From Eledone cirrhosa (Eukaryota): 64,000 nt of DNA. Below the pieces are notes generated by a model, which was not told where the DNA came from, did not search any database, and saw nothing but the letters and a program-made list of their open reading frames with translations. Within the stretch, counting starts at the first letter, position 1; each line of letters begins with the position of its first letter. The DNA is taken from positions 226,858,001 through 226,922,000 of the forward strand of contig OZ024742.1 in NCBI GenBank assembly GCA_964016885.1, in the 5' to 3' direction. Below, one piece after another: positions 52,175-64,000 of this stretch. The position numbers and the translations under genes are program-made.

Positions 52175-52705
52175 GGCACATGGCTTAGTGGTTAGAGCAT
52201 TGGCCTTGCAATCGAAAGGTTGTGAGTTCAATTCTCAGACCGGGTGATGTGTTGTTTCCTTGAGCAAGACACTTTATTTCACATTGCTCCAGTTTACTCA
52301 GCTGTAGAAATGAGATGATAGGACTGGGGTCCATATCATTCCACTGCAAAGTGGTCGTGGAGGTGCCACGGCAAAAAAGCACCCAGCACTCACTGTAAAT
52401 GAGGTTGGTGTTAGGAAGGGCATCCAGCTGTAGAAATCAAGCCAGAATTAGTTCTCGTCCCACCCTTGCAAGCAGGGAAATGCGGACGTAAAATGATGAT
52501 GATGATGATGATGATGATGATATATTGTTATACTTGGGGAGGGTCATATTTGTGTAATATTGCCAGAATTAATAACAGAACACACTCACTGTTTGGTTGG
52601 TTTTCGCTTTTCGCTTCTGTGTCTTTTATATCGGTTAATTTAATTTATTCGACACACGATTTCACGATTTCATATCAAAAACCTTGCAAAACTAATTCAT
52701 CGCAG

Positions 52706-52753
<48 letters not shown>

Positions 52754-53773
52754 AATAGAATGAAACGAAATTTCATTTCTCACTCTTAGTACGGCACTTA
52801 CTTAAATGTAAGTATGTATGTATACGTACATACATATATGTATACAGACGTACAGCAGCATGTATATATATATACATACAGGCACACATATATATATGCA
52901 CGTATCAGTTTACCGATACGTGCATAAGTTGGATGGGTTATTATGGTCTGTGACCTTGTCTGGCTCCTATCTTACATATTTGGTATCGTTTCTTTGACTT
53001 TACAGAGTATATAGGTTTCATTTTATAGTGACACCAGCACTGTCACTTTACAGAATGTACTGGGCACATTTAATTGTGCACTAACACTAGAGAGGTTGTC
53101 ACATTGACTGAAGAACTCTACTCTATACTATCTCCATTTGATCACCAAACAATGTAGCTACCACTCTAATAATGGTTTCTTATATAGGCACAAGGCCAGC
53201 AATTTTGGGGGAGGAGAAAGCCAATTAATTTGACTCCAGTGCGCGACTGGTAGTTTATTTTATTGACCCCATAAGGATGAAAAGCAAAGCTAACCTTGGT
53301 GGGATTTAAACTCAGAATGGTGGCTGACTCTCTACCGATACTGCCAATCACCTAGCCTCTTCCAGTCTAATAATAATTGTTTCTATTTTTAGGCACAAGG
53401 CCAGCAATTACCCAGTACATTACTGGTACTTTATTTTATCGACCCCATAAGGATGAAAGGCAAAGTTAACCTCGGCGGGATTTGAACTCAGATCATAAAG
53501 GGACGTAACTCTATGCTTCAAAGCATGGTGTCCGACTCTCTACCGATACTGTCAATCCAATAATAATGGTTTCTGACTTAGGCACAACCAACAGTTTGTG
53601 GGAAGGGGAAAGCTGATTATATTGACCTCAGTACTTGACTAGTACTTATTTTAATAACCCCAGGATGACAAAAGGTGAAATTAGCCTTGAGAGGATTTGA
53701 ATTCAGAACGGAAAGGGTCATGGTATCTAATTTAAGCACAAGGCCAGCAATTTTGTGGGGAAGTGAATATTGA

Positions 53774-54002
53774 TTAACCCTTTAGCATTTACATTATTCT
53801 ATATTTACTATATCATTTTCACAGTAAAGGTTTTATCTCACATAATTAGCTCACATAATATCGAATCTATAAGATTTTGATATTATTTATTATGAGAACA
53901 ATACCTTAACATCAATATGAGTGGCTGGTTATGGCTGGTTTGAACAGAAAGAAATGAGAGAATTCTGGCTGGATACAGCCGGTTTAAATGCTAAGGGGTT
54001 AA
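53774..54002 (+). mobile_element. piggyBac-type MITE inserted in a SINE
   Basis: Same termini, TTAA both ends. Confidence 0.85.
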
Positions 54003-54562
54003 ATGACAGTATTTGACTGGTACTTTATTTTACTGATACCCCTCTCACTGCCACTAACACCACAACCATCCCCAGAAAGATAACAAGCAAAGTTGACCTC
54101 AGCAGGATTGGAAATCAGAGTGTAAAGATCTCATCATGGAATAATAATTGTTTCTACTTTAGGCACAAGGCCAGCAATTACACAGTACATTACTGGTACT
54201 TTATTTTATCGACCCCGTAAGGATGAAAGGCAAAGTCAACCTCGGCGGGATTTGAACTCAGACTGTAAAGGGACGTAACTATGCTAGAAAGCATGGCATC
54301 CAACCCTCTATCGATACTGCCAATTCGCCGCCCTCATCATGGAATAATAATTGTTTCTACTTTAGGCACAAGGCCAGCAATTACCCAGAGCATTACTGGT
54401 ACTTTATTTTATCGACCCCGTAAGGATGAAAGGCAAAGTCAACCTCGGCGGGTGAACAATGTGGAATATGAAAGCAAAAAGTTTTATTTTGAAGATTTCA
54501 GAGGAAATTGCCTTCGTCTTCTCATTTCAAGTTTGTTTCTCAATGATTACCAGAATAACTGC

Positions 54563-54598
<36 letters not shown>

Positions 54599-54607
54599 TT
54601 GAGAGGT

Positions 54608-54621
54608 GTTGCTATAGTAAC
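54608..54621. promoter_or_regulatory. candidate RFX X-box
   Basis: GTTGCTATAGTAAC fits GTTRCY-AT-RGYAAC and lies within a near-palindrome gagagg...cctctc. Confidence 0.3.
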
Positions 54622-55462
54622 CTCTCCAGATATGTTGAAAACAGAACATGGTAATGTGTGTGGGAGTTAGAATGTCGGTGTTCTTTTCTGTTACACACTA
54701 ATGAGTTTAGATGCACAGGTTATTATTATATATGGTGGTGGTGTGTAGTGTTTGTAGCAGGCCTGTTATTATCAAAGATATTCCAGCCATGACTATCCCA
54801 TCGTTTATTTTAAATATTTTATATCTAGGACAACACAGCAGAGCTACCCTTCTTTGCTGAGGCTGATTGGGCAGTAGATAGGGGCCCCACAATATTTAAA
54901 GGGCACCAAATTAATATTTTTGCTAATATTAATAATGGTTTCTGATTTAAGCACAAGGCCAACAATTTTGGGGACAGAGAAAGTTGACTAAGTTGGCCCC
55001 AGTGCATTACCGGTACTTTATTTTATGGACCCCATAAGGATGAAATGAAAAGCTAATTTCAACAGGATTTAAACTCAGAACATAAAGGGCCATAACTCTA
55101 TGCCACTAAGCATGTTATCCAACTCTCTACTGATACTATCATAAATAATTGTTTCTACATTTGGCACAAGGCCAGCAATTACCCCAGTGTCTTACTGGTA
55201 CTTTATTTTATCGACTCCATAAGGATGAAAGGCAAAGTACCTTGGTAGGATTTGAACTCAGATCATAAAGGTCCGTAATTCTATGCTGCAAAGCATGGCG
55301 GCCAACCCTATGCTAAGATCCTAGTGAAATTTAATGGACAAGGGCTCCATAGAAACTTAATCCGGCCCTGATTCTTAGTAAAACACTAATGAGTTCAAAT
55401 GCACCCAGTACACTCTGTAAAGTGGTTGCAGATCAGAAGAATATCCAGCTGAAGAAACTGTC

Positions 55463-55497
55463 CCACCACCACCACCACCATCACCACTACCACCATG

Positions 55498-55596
<99 letters not shown>

Positions 55597-55652
55597 ACTA
55601 CCACCACCACCACCACCACCACCACTGCCACCACCACAACCACCACCACCAC
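55463..55652. repeat. compound (CAC)(ACT)(GCT)(ACC) trinucleotide repeat
   Basis: Direct inspection. Confidence 0.95.
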
Positions 55653-56159
55653 CTATCACATTTCAACAAGTCCTCAGTGCATGACCACCCTTATTTCTGA
55701 CATTGTTATTATTGGTGTGGTGAAATATGTAATGGCTGACATGGTTTACAAAACTCCAGATTTGTATGTTTAAAAACAGCCACTTAATTGCTATGATACT
55801 AATCACAGCCATGTTAAACAATCCCCCCCCCCCTCTCTCTCTCTCTCTCCCAATAAAGTTTAGCCCAGTCCAAATTTTAAAAATTGAAAAGACATTCCTC
55901 CCAAAAATATTAATTTGGGGTTTCTCTTTTTACTTTGCCTTAAATGTAAAAAAATGTGTAATTACACTGTGAAATAGTCATTTTAACCATTGAAAAGCAC
56001 ACAAAACCTATTAAATTCACTTTACATACATTTATCAATTTATTTCTTGGTGTCAAATTTTTCCCTGCATTGTTTGTGACCTGGTCATTGACACAGCTAT
56101 TCTATTTTAGTTGATTTTTTTTTAATGACTAAAATGTAATTGCTTTATTTTCAACATAC

Positions 56160-56545
56160 CATCTCAGATCAATTCACTTCAAGACATGTACAACTGTGGC
56201 TAAAACAACTCTTCCTTGATGTAATTGCAATAGTCTAAACACAGTCTCAAACCAAGTCATTTGTCAGAGAAGTACAACTATTGTTGAAATGACTCTTCCA
56301 TGATCAAGGTTTAGATTCAACACACAGTCTCAGGTCAAGTCATTTGCCAGAGAAGTAAAAATGTCGCTAAATTGACTCTTCCATGATCAAGGTAAATGCT
56401 TTAGTGCTTTAGATTCAACACAAAGTCTCAGATCAAGTCACTTGCCAGAGAAGTACAACTATGGCTATAATGACTCTTCCATGATCAAGGTTATTGCTTT
56501 AGATTCAAAACACAGTTTCAGATCAAATCACTTGCTAAACAGATA
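56160..56545. repeat. minisatellite, unit about 82-97 bp, about 4.5 copies
   Basis: Recurring tctcagatcaagtcacttgccagagaagtacaact...gactcttccatgatcaagg...tagattcaacac. Confidence 0.85.
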
Positions 56546-56717
56546 TAACTTCCAAATAAACACAAGTTTCTGGAAAAGTGGTGGGCTTCTTCCATGAGTT
56601 GTGACCAGTAAATAGTATCAGCAATAGAAAGACCAATGGAAATATTGTTTCCTTGTTCCAATCTAACTATCAGCTCTGTTTCTTAATTTTTTCAAACTTG
56701 TTGGTATTATCAGACAT

Positions 56718-56994
56718 TTAATCCTTTAGCATTTACATTCCCGTCTAACCCATGCTAGCGTGGAAGATGGACGTTAAACGATGATGATGATGATGATGAT
56801 TTCTCTATATATACTATTAAATTTTCATGGTGAAGGCTTTACCTCATATAATTATGTCATAATTTGAATCAATGAGATTTTGATATATTTTGAGAACAAT
56901 ACCTTAATGTTGGTATGAAGGACAAGTAACAGCCAGTTTGAGCAGGTGAAAGAATTCTAGCTAGATACAGCCGATTTAAATGCTAAATGATTAA
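56718..56994 (+). mobile_element. piggyBac-type MITE carrying an inserted RTE/SINE tail
   Basis: Family termini; acccatgctagcgtggaagatggacgttaaacg(atg)n inserted at 56740-56800. Confidence 0.75.
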
Positions 56995-58315
56995 AGGTTT
57001 GAATAATCATTGCTCTTTTATAAGATTGTAACTTGGACATGAGTACAGTTTAGGGACCAAACCATAGATCTGTTTCCCCATAATTTTTAATGAAATTTTA
57101 CAGACAAATTTTTGAAGGTGTAGATAAGGATTATATTAATGGAATTAAACAACAGCGATAATAATTAATTAAAAAAATACTTTCCTTATTGTATACCTCT
57201 GTTTGTTAATACTTTCATTTATAGAATACTTTCAATTTGTATTTGTAGTTGGCTAAACATAAACTTGGAAAAATTTTCATCATACCTTCCAATTTTATGT
57301 TGATAAGGAATAATATCAATCAGGATAATGTCATAGATTTTATACTTTTATACTCATTTCTACAACTATGAACTGTGAAAAAATATTTTTTTAAAATGAA
57401 ATCAACAGAATCAACATAATTGTAATCTACACATTCGAAAATGTATCTCTACAAAATTTAATTAAAAAAATATGCAAGAAAGTTATGAGGAGTTTTCTCC
57501 CTTACATTATGGGATACAGTTTCTTATGGAACAGGATGTTAAGAGTTTTACAGTATATTTTAATTAAAAATAAAAAATTTCCAACTGTGTATGTTCAAAA
57601 CCACACTAATTAAAACTATGTAAATACTGTGTAAGATGCAGGGAGCCTACTGTACAAGGACATATGATAAAATGGCTGCTTTTTTTCTCTTTAAAAGATA
57701 AAATATATAATTTAGTCATTCGTTTGATTTGTCTCAACTGTCAAATAAACCTGAGTTAATTTCTTGAAGCTGGTGGCCATTTTTCAGACATTTGAAGGTT
57801 TAAATAATCATTGCTTTTCAATAAGATCATAATTTGAAACACTAAATCCTAGTTGTTGTTGTCGTCGTCGTCGTTGTTGTTGTTGTTGTTGTTGTTTAAC
57901 CTTATTTCAATGGTCCAACCAGAATGCAGAAAAAAAAAAGAAAGAAAAACGTCACAGGTAAAAAGTGATATTTTATTTAAATACCACTAATAAAAAGTAA
58001 TTTATTTAAAATAGTGGCAGCTTGCATTTATAAAGATATAAGAAGAAATAAACCGACCAAAAGCACTTAAATTCTGGTTTCATCCTTTTGATAATAGCCT
58101 GACCAAAACCAACTCTAGTTCTATGAAACAAAACCACCCATTTTAAGGGTTCCTTTTTAAATGAAAATCTTCCAACATATTTTTATATAAGAACCATATG
58201 TTACTTTGTAATAAAATAATTTAAAATTTAATTAAATCCCTCAAAATGATCCCTTCATTAATTGAAATAGAGTGTACTACTTTAGAAAAATGGCTACAAA
58301 AGGTTAAAAACTGAC

Positions 58316-59431
58316 TTAACCCTTTAGCATTTACATTACTCTATATTTACTATTGTATTTTCATAGTAAAGGCTTTACCTCACATAATTATCTCACATAA
58401 TATAGAATCTATGAGATTTTGATATTATATACAAGGTGTGTCATAAAAGTTCCAGGACAGATGTCACAAAAGATTTATTTCAAACCCAAACTTCACACTA
58501 AGAGTTTTCTCCTTCAAAGTAATCCCCCTGGAGTATGTAACTGTAATCTTAGCTCTCTGCAGCGATCAAACTTTTTTCTTCATAATTTTATATACATGTC
58601 CTCTGTTTCAGGTCGTCAAGCAATGAGCACAGAGCAATGAACAAACTTGAAGTTTCTGGTACGGTTGGGGAAAACTCCGTCAGAAACACTGGGATTGCTG
58701 CAGCAAGTGTATGGAGATGAGACGATGTCACGCTCACGTGTTTTTGAGTGGTGGAAGATGATTCCAGGAGCGGAAGGCCCTCAACAACCAGGACTGAGGT
58801 CAACGTTGAGCACGTCAGGCAGATGGTGCATAGCGATCGTCGGCTGACAGTTCGACTGATGGCAAATGAGCTGGGCATGAATCGGGACAGCGTCTGGAAG
58901 ATTCTCACTGAAGATTTGGTCATGCGGAAAGTCTGCGCGAAGATGGTGCCAAAACTGCTGAACGATGACCAGAAGGGTCGACGCATGCAAGTGTGCCAGG
59001 ACATCCTCGAGCGTCTTGAAACCAAACCAGACTTGCTAGGGACAGCCATCACCGGTGATGAGTTATGGAACTTCGAGTACGACCCGGAGAGGACCCGTTT
59101 TGAAGACGTGGACGACATCAAAAAGGCCATGACGACAGAACTGCGGAGGATCCCGAAAGAATCCTCCCAGGAGTGCATGCGAGCATGGCAGAAAAGGATG
59201 GAAAAGTGCATTAGACTCAGGGGGATTACTTTGAAGGAGAAAACTCTTAGTGTGAAGTTTGGATTTGAAATAAATCTTTTGTGACATCAGTCCTGGAACT
59301 TTTCTGACACATCTCGTATTTTGAGAACAATACCTTAACATCAGTATGAGTGGCCAGTTACAGCCGGTTTGAACAGAAAGAGGTGAGAAAACTCTGGCTG
59401 GATACATCCAGTTTAAATGCTAAAGGGTTAA
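58316..59431 (+). mobile_element. piggyBac-type MITE split by the mariner
   Basis: MITE halves 58316-58431 and 59317-59431 rejoin to the family consensus. Confidence 0.85.
58432..59316 (+). mobile_element. internally deleted mariner (Tc1/mariner) transposon
   Basis: TIRs of about 100 bp, TA on both sides; KFLVRLGK, RSGRPST, CAKMVPKLL, ITGDE; rest of the DDD domain deleted. Confidence 0.93.
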
Positions 59432-60244
59432 ACCTTTTTTCCAAGCCAAAAGTAAGACCTTTTATGTAATTTTATTTCCAATCACTGGTTCAACACTGAT
59501 TGGGCCAACTTATGACCAAAGACTTTCCAGCTGAGACCACCCCATCTTCTTTTCAGGCACTGTGTACCTAGGATCTTGTACAGCAGGCCTATGATCAAAT
59601 ACTTTCCAGTTGTGACCATCTCATCTTCTTTTCAGGTAATGTGCACCTAGACTAACATTATCCAATATGTCCTTCATATTTGAAGATAACAGGATGTGAT
59701 ATAAAGAAAATTTGGTTGCTATTTCTAGCAGGTCAAATGACCAAGTTGAGGCAAGTTATTTTCAGGAAATATTGAGGAACATTAGTTGGTTGAATAAAGT
59801 AGACTCCAGCATGGGTTGAAAAATATCAATCAACTGAGTTTATCCAAGCAATTAGTAAGCAAGTACTCCCTCTAGGAAAGGGTTCCCTTTGATCATGACT
59901 AGGTTATGTACTCATGACTGACTGTCCATGGGTTTGCTTATCAGTTGATCAAATATTGTTGAACTGTATAGACAATGCCGATTGGAGTGGATCTGGTCTT
60001 TAAAGCTAACTGGTGAAAATGGCAGACATGTTTCAATAAAGAATGGTTGGAAAAGAAATTTTTATATATATATTTGTCTCCAGCAAGAATTATTTCTGAG
60101 AAACTGTTATGTTAAAAGTATTACCAGAATATAGATAATAGTTTATTTATTTAATGACCTGCTAGAAACATTAACACAATCATATTAGGGTAACATATGG
60201 ATGTAAGTGTGTGTGTGTGTGGGGGGGGGGGGGCACCCACACGG

Positions 60245-60975
60245 GTAAGTAACACATAGCTTTCTCACTCTCATCCGATATCCATCTCTAAAATTGTCAA
60301 GAAGGCCGAGGGTGTCTTAGCATCACTCAACAAGACCTTTGTCAGCCGCTCTCCAGCTATCTATTTAAAGCTGTATATAGCTATGGTGCGGCCACACTTA
60401 GAATTTGCATCACCAGTCTGGAACCCCTATCTTGCTCAGAATATTGACTGCCTGGAAACTGTTCAGAGACGTGCAACCAGGCATCAACCATACTCTGAAC
60501 GCCTTGCTTCCCTGAGCATGGATACATTGAAGCTCCAACGTCTGGCAACTGACTTGGTAAACACCCACAAAATTGTTAGCCATCTTGCCAACAACAACTC
60601 TGAGTACCTTTTTGATTTCCATGTGTCTAACACACGTGGGCATGCCCACAAAGTCAGAAAACAGTACAGCTCCCATGACTTTTGGAAACATTTTTTCATG
60701 CTCAGAGTTGCTGAAGCTTGGTACAAACTACCTGCATCAGTTATTAGCTGTCGAGACACTGCATCCTTTAAGGACTCCATGCTTCCTGAGATTCACCAAC
60801 ACTACATCTAATATTCCCCCTCCATACACACGCACACATGTATATCATGACTCATACACTATTCACTTCCCTGACATTTGTATATTATTCTATGTACTAT
60901 ACATGCACCTTTGACGAGTTGTAGTGCACCTGAGCACTGTACACAATAATTTCATTCATTATTATCATTATTATT
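60245..60975 (+). mobile_element. CR1-group LINE 3' fragment
   Basis: LYIAMVRPHLEFASPVWNPY...LETVQRRATR...TRGH...FFMLRVAEAWYKLP, (ATT)n tail. Confidence 0.9.
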
Positions 60976-61719
60976 ATCCTGAACTTTCATCACAGCTTCA
61001 ACAGCTTGGCCAAATATACAACAATCACCTTAGTGTTGTAATGAGGTAGTGTTGGTCCCACAATAAAAAAGCACCTAGGACACACTGTTAAGTGGTTGGT
61101 GTTAAGAACGGCATCCAAAAACGGAGCGAATGAGCAAGAAATAATCCCATGATCAGTCTAGTCTCAGAATGGGACAAAGTATTTAACCCATGCAAGCATG
61201 GAAAATAAACATTAAATGGGGAGGATGATATCTATGTGTATATATATATATATATAAACACCTACCTCCACTGTTAATTAGGTCACCCAGGTAACAGAAA
61301 CATCAACTACTTCTACTGAGCCCTCTGGGCATTTGAAGGAGCTAGTATCTTGTGGGTTCTTGCTACTTACTGCACCTGTGCAATTACCACATATAAAACC
61401 TGCATTATTTGCTAGCCTATGGGCAGTGGATTGGCAGTATTGGTAGAAGGTCGGACGCCATGCTTTCTAGCATAGTTACGTCTCTTTACAATCTGAGTTC
61501 AAATCCCGCCGAGGTTAACTTTTTCTTTCATCCTTACGGGGTCGATAAAATAAATTACTAGTAATGTACTGGATAATTGCTGGCCTTGTGCCTAAAGTCG
61601 AAACAATTATTTGCTAGCCTATATATCTATAGGAAAAATGTTGATATCTATAGGAAAAATTCCACTCACAAAGTTGTAGTAAAAGACATTTGGCCAACGT
61701 ACCACACTGTGGGAGTGAA

Positions 61720-62330
61720 CAGTAGATTGCGTTGGATTGGGAATGTTGTTTAGTTTGTGGGTGAGAGACTCTGAAAATAATTGTTGTATGGAGTGATAAA
61801 AATATCGAAGAGATCTGCATGTAAGCCAAAGATGCAATTTTGTGACAACATAAAAATCAACTTGAAAAGATTGGTAGCTGCATTGAAAATGTGACATTGA
61901 GCTACCTGAGGGTAGCTTGTTTAAGGAAGAGTTGTCATCTTCAGTTTGTGGTCGAATTCTTCTATCGAAAGCTGGGCATAGAGAACATTTAACCCTTTAG
62001 CATTTACATTACTCTATATATACTATTGTATTTTTGTGATAAAGGCTTTATCTTACATAATATCGAATCTATGAGATTTTGATATTATTTATTTTGAGAA
62101 CAATACCTTAATATCAGTGTGAGCAGCCAGTTACAACCAGTTTGAACAGAAAGAGGTGAGAGAATTCTGGCCGGATACGGCCGTTTTAAATGCTAAAGTG
62201 TTAAAGATTCCTAAGAAGGGAAACCGTGTGGAATACACAGGTCTTCAAGTTAATGATGCAGCCTTAACTTACCCTGTGTGTGGTAAAATATGCATTTCAA
62301 GTCAGGCATATAACACTATAAAATACACAT
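61720..62330 (+). mobile_element. very degenerate RTE-like 3' end with C2H2-like remnants, interrupted by a TTAA MITE
   Basis: DNIKINLKRL, VCGRILLSKAG, PVCGKICIS remnants. Confidence 0.45.
61989..62204 (+). mobile_element. piggyBac-type MITE
   Basis: Same termini, TTAA both ends. Confidence 0.85.
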
Positions 62331-62759
62331 AGGTGAGCAAGTTGCTTATATAGGCTGCTCATAACAACAAAAGTTAGGTCCTATATGTAACATCATCATC
62401 ATCATCATCATCGTTTAATGTCTATCTTCCACGCTAGCATGGGTTTAGACGGGAATTGTCCTATTGAGGCAAGATTGGTCGGGTGACCATGTCTTGCTCG
62501 TATAGGACTGTCTGGCAGGTTTTCGACGGCTGGATGAATATAAATCACTTGGTGGACTAAAAAGCCACCATAGGAAGAAAATTGTGAAACTTGAAATCAA
62601 GTGAACAACTGTCATGTAGGTATATATGTGCATTACACACATATATATATATATATATATGTTATCAGATGAACATGATCAAACTGGTTTTTCCATTTCA
62701 TTTTTTATTTTTCCATGACAGATAAAATAAGGAGATAATGTGACTGTTGTTGTTCTCAT

Positions 62760-64000
62760 CATCATCATTTTACGTCCGCTTTTCCCTGTTTGCAAGGGTG
62801 GGATGGGTCTTATTCAGCACAGCATCTCTCCACTTGTCACGGTCCTTTGTCATCTCCACCGTGAGCTTCAGCGATCTGAGGTCTGTTCTCACCACCTCCG
62901 CCCATGTTTTTCATGGTCTACCTCTACCACGTCTTCCTTCAACTGGCAATTCCTGGCACTTCTTCACCCATTGGTCATCCTCCATGCGCATCACATGTCC
63001 ATACCACCTCAGTCTCCTCTCCCGTACACTACATTCTATCCCTCTCAGACACAGTTTCTCTCTCAACACATCCATGCTGGGTCGTTCATGCACATTGACA
63101 CTGCACATCCAGTGGAGCATGCTTGCCTCATTTCTCTCCAGCCGTCGCATATCCTCTGCAGTTGCTGCCCATGTCTCACTACCATGCAGCATCACGCTCC
63201 TCACACAGGCATCATATAACCTGCCTTTCATACGTAGGGAAAAACCCTTCTTCATCAGCAGAGGAAGCAGCTCCCTAAATTTCTTCCAACCCGTCCTTAT
63301 TCTAGATACTATGGCCGTGGACCCCCCCCCTCCCCCATGCTAATCTGATCACCTAGGTACTGGAAGCTATCAACCACTTCTATAGCACCCGTCTGCATTT
63401 GAAAAAATGTGTTTATCAATGCGACTTCTACTGTCTAATTTCCCTGTACATCTACTGCATACGTATTTCTCCCTACCTGTTAGTTTTCCTGCTATCCCAC
63501 TACATCTCTTGTGTACCCAGGATCTGCATTGTGTGCATTTTATAGAATTTATGCCAGTTCCTTTTCTACATATCGAACATGGCCATTTCCCTGACGGAAT
63601 CAGGGTTTTGTCCTCTTTTCTACTCATCAACACTTTTGTTTTAGCTAGGTTCACTCTCAGTCCTCTTGCTTTCAACTGCTGTTTCCATAGCCAGAATTTA
63701 TTCTCTAGCTCCTCTACTGATTCTGCTATAAGAACCAGATCGTCAGCATAGAGAAGTTCCCATGGACAGACAGTCTTAAACTCCTCTGTTATGGCTTGGA
63801 GGACTATAATGAACAAGAGCGGGCTGAGGACCGAACCTTGATGTACTACTTGTATCTGGAATTCCTCACTAAACTCCATTCCTACCCTCACTTTACTGAC
63901 AGCACCTCTGTACAAAGTTTGCACTGTCCTCACAAGTCATTCCTCAACACCTAGTTTCCTTAGGGACCACCAGATGACAGATCAGGGTACCCTATCAAAG
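62760..64000 (-). mobile_element. RTE LINE RT + 3' end (continues past the window)
   Basis: ORFs 63370..63933 (HQGSVLSP, LLYADDL, CSIC/CTQC) and 62911..63255. Confidence 0.93.

Larger units (their letters stand above)
53167..55310 (-). mobile_element. dense cluster of SINE family A copies
   Basis: Copies at about 53167, 53372, 53560, 54140, 54342, 54933 and 55145, all on the minus strand. Confidence 0.8.

Noticed and set aside
54839-55370. Possible hAT-type MITE ends (cagagctaccc...ggccctg)
   Set aside because: Termini degenerate and no matching 8-bp TSD
56160-56545. CRISPR-like repeat/spacer appearance (also 25981-26148)
   Set aside because: Whole units are repeated with no unique spacers; eukaryotic context, no cas genes
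54632-60003. Two-exon micro-ORF MLKTEH/VDQILLNCIDNADWSGSGL downstream of the X-box
   Set aside because: Only 25 aa, weak donor, no recognisable homology; chance join likely

Overview
AT-rich, microsatellite-laden eukaryotic genomic DNA. The SINE/RTE repertoire and (TA)n/(CA)n/(GAT)n content suggest an octopus (coleoid cephalopod) genome; this is inference. I can reconstruct one host gene by eye: a three-exon minus-strand CFAP90/C5orf49-like ciliary gene, complement(join(1995..2156,9884..9991,15641..15787)), 138 aa, all phase-0 GT-AG junctions. The rest is mostly transposon debris: many RTE-clade LINE fragments and tRNA-derived SINEs, fragments of CR1, L1/Tx1, CRE-like and other LINEs, a Gypsy-type gag remnant, nested Helitrons, a TTAA (piggyBac-type) MITE family and an internally deleted mariner. 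The most notable structure is a cluster at about 20-36 kb, with outliers at 5.7 and 50.8 kb. It holds two Naiad-type Penelope-like elements and many unrelated non-coding elements, mostly sitting in (TA)n tracts. Most of these carry type-I hammerhead ribozyme motifs and have a fold-back architecture (inverted arm, spacer, arm plus unpaired tail). In one family the palindrome axis falls exactly on hammerhead stem II. Most long ORFs in the supplied track are microsatellite artefacts. All family assignments come from motif recognition, not database searches.
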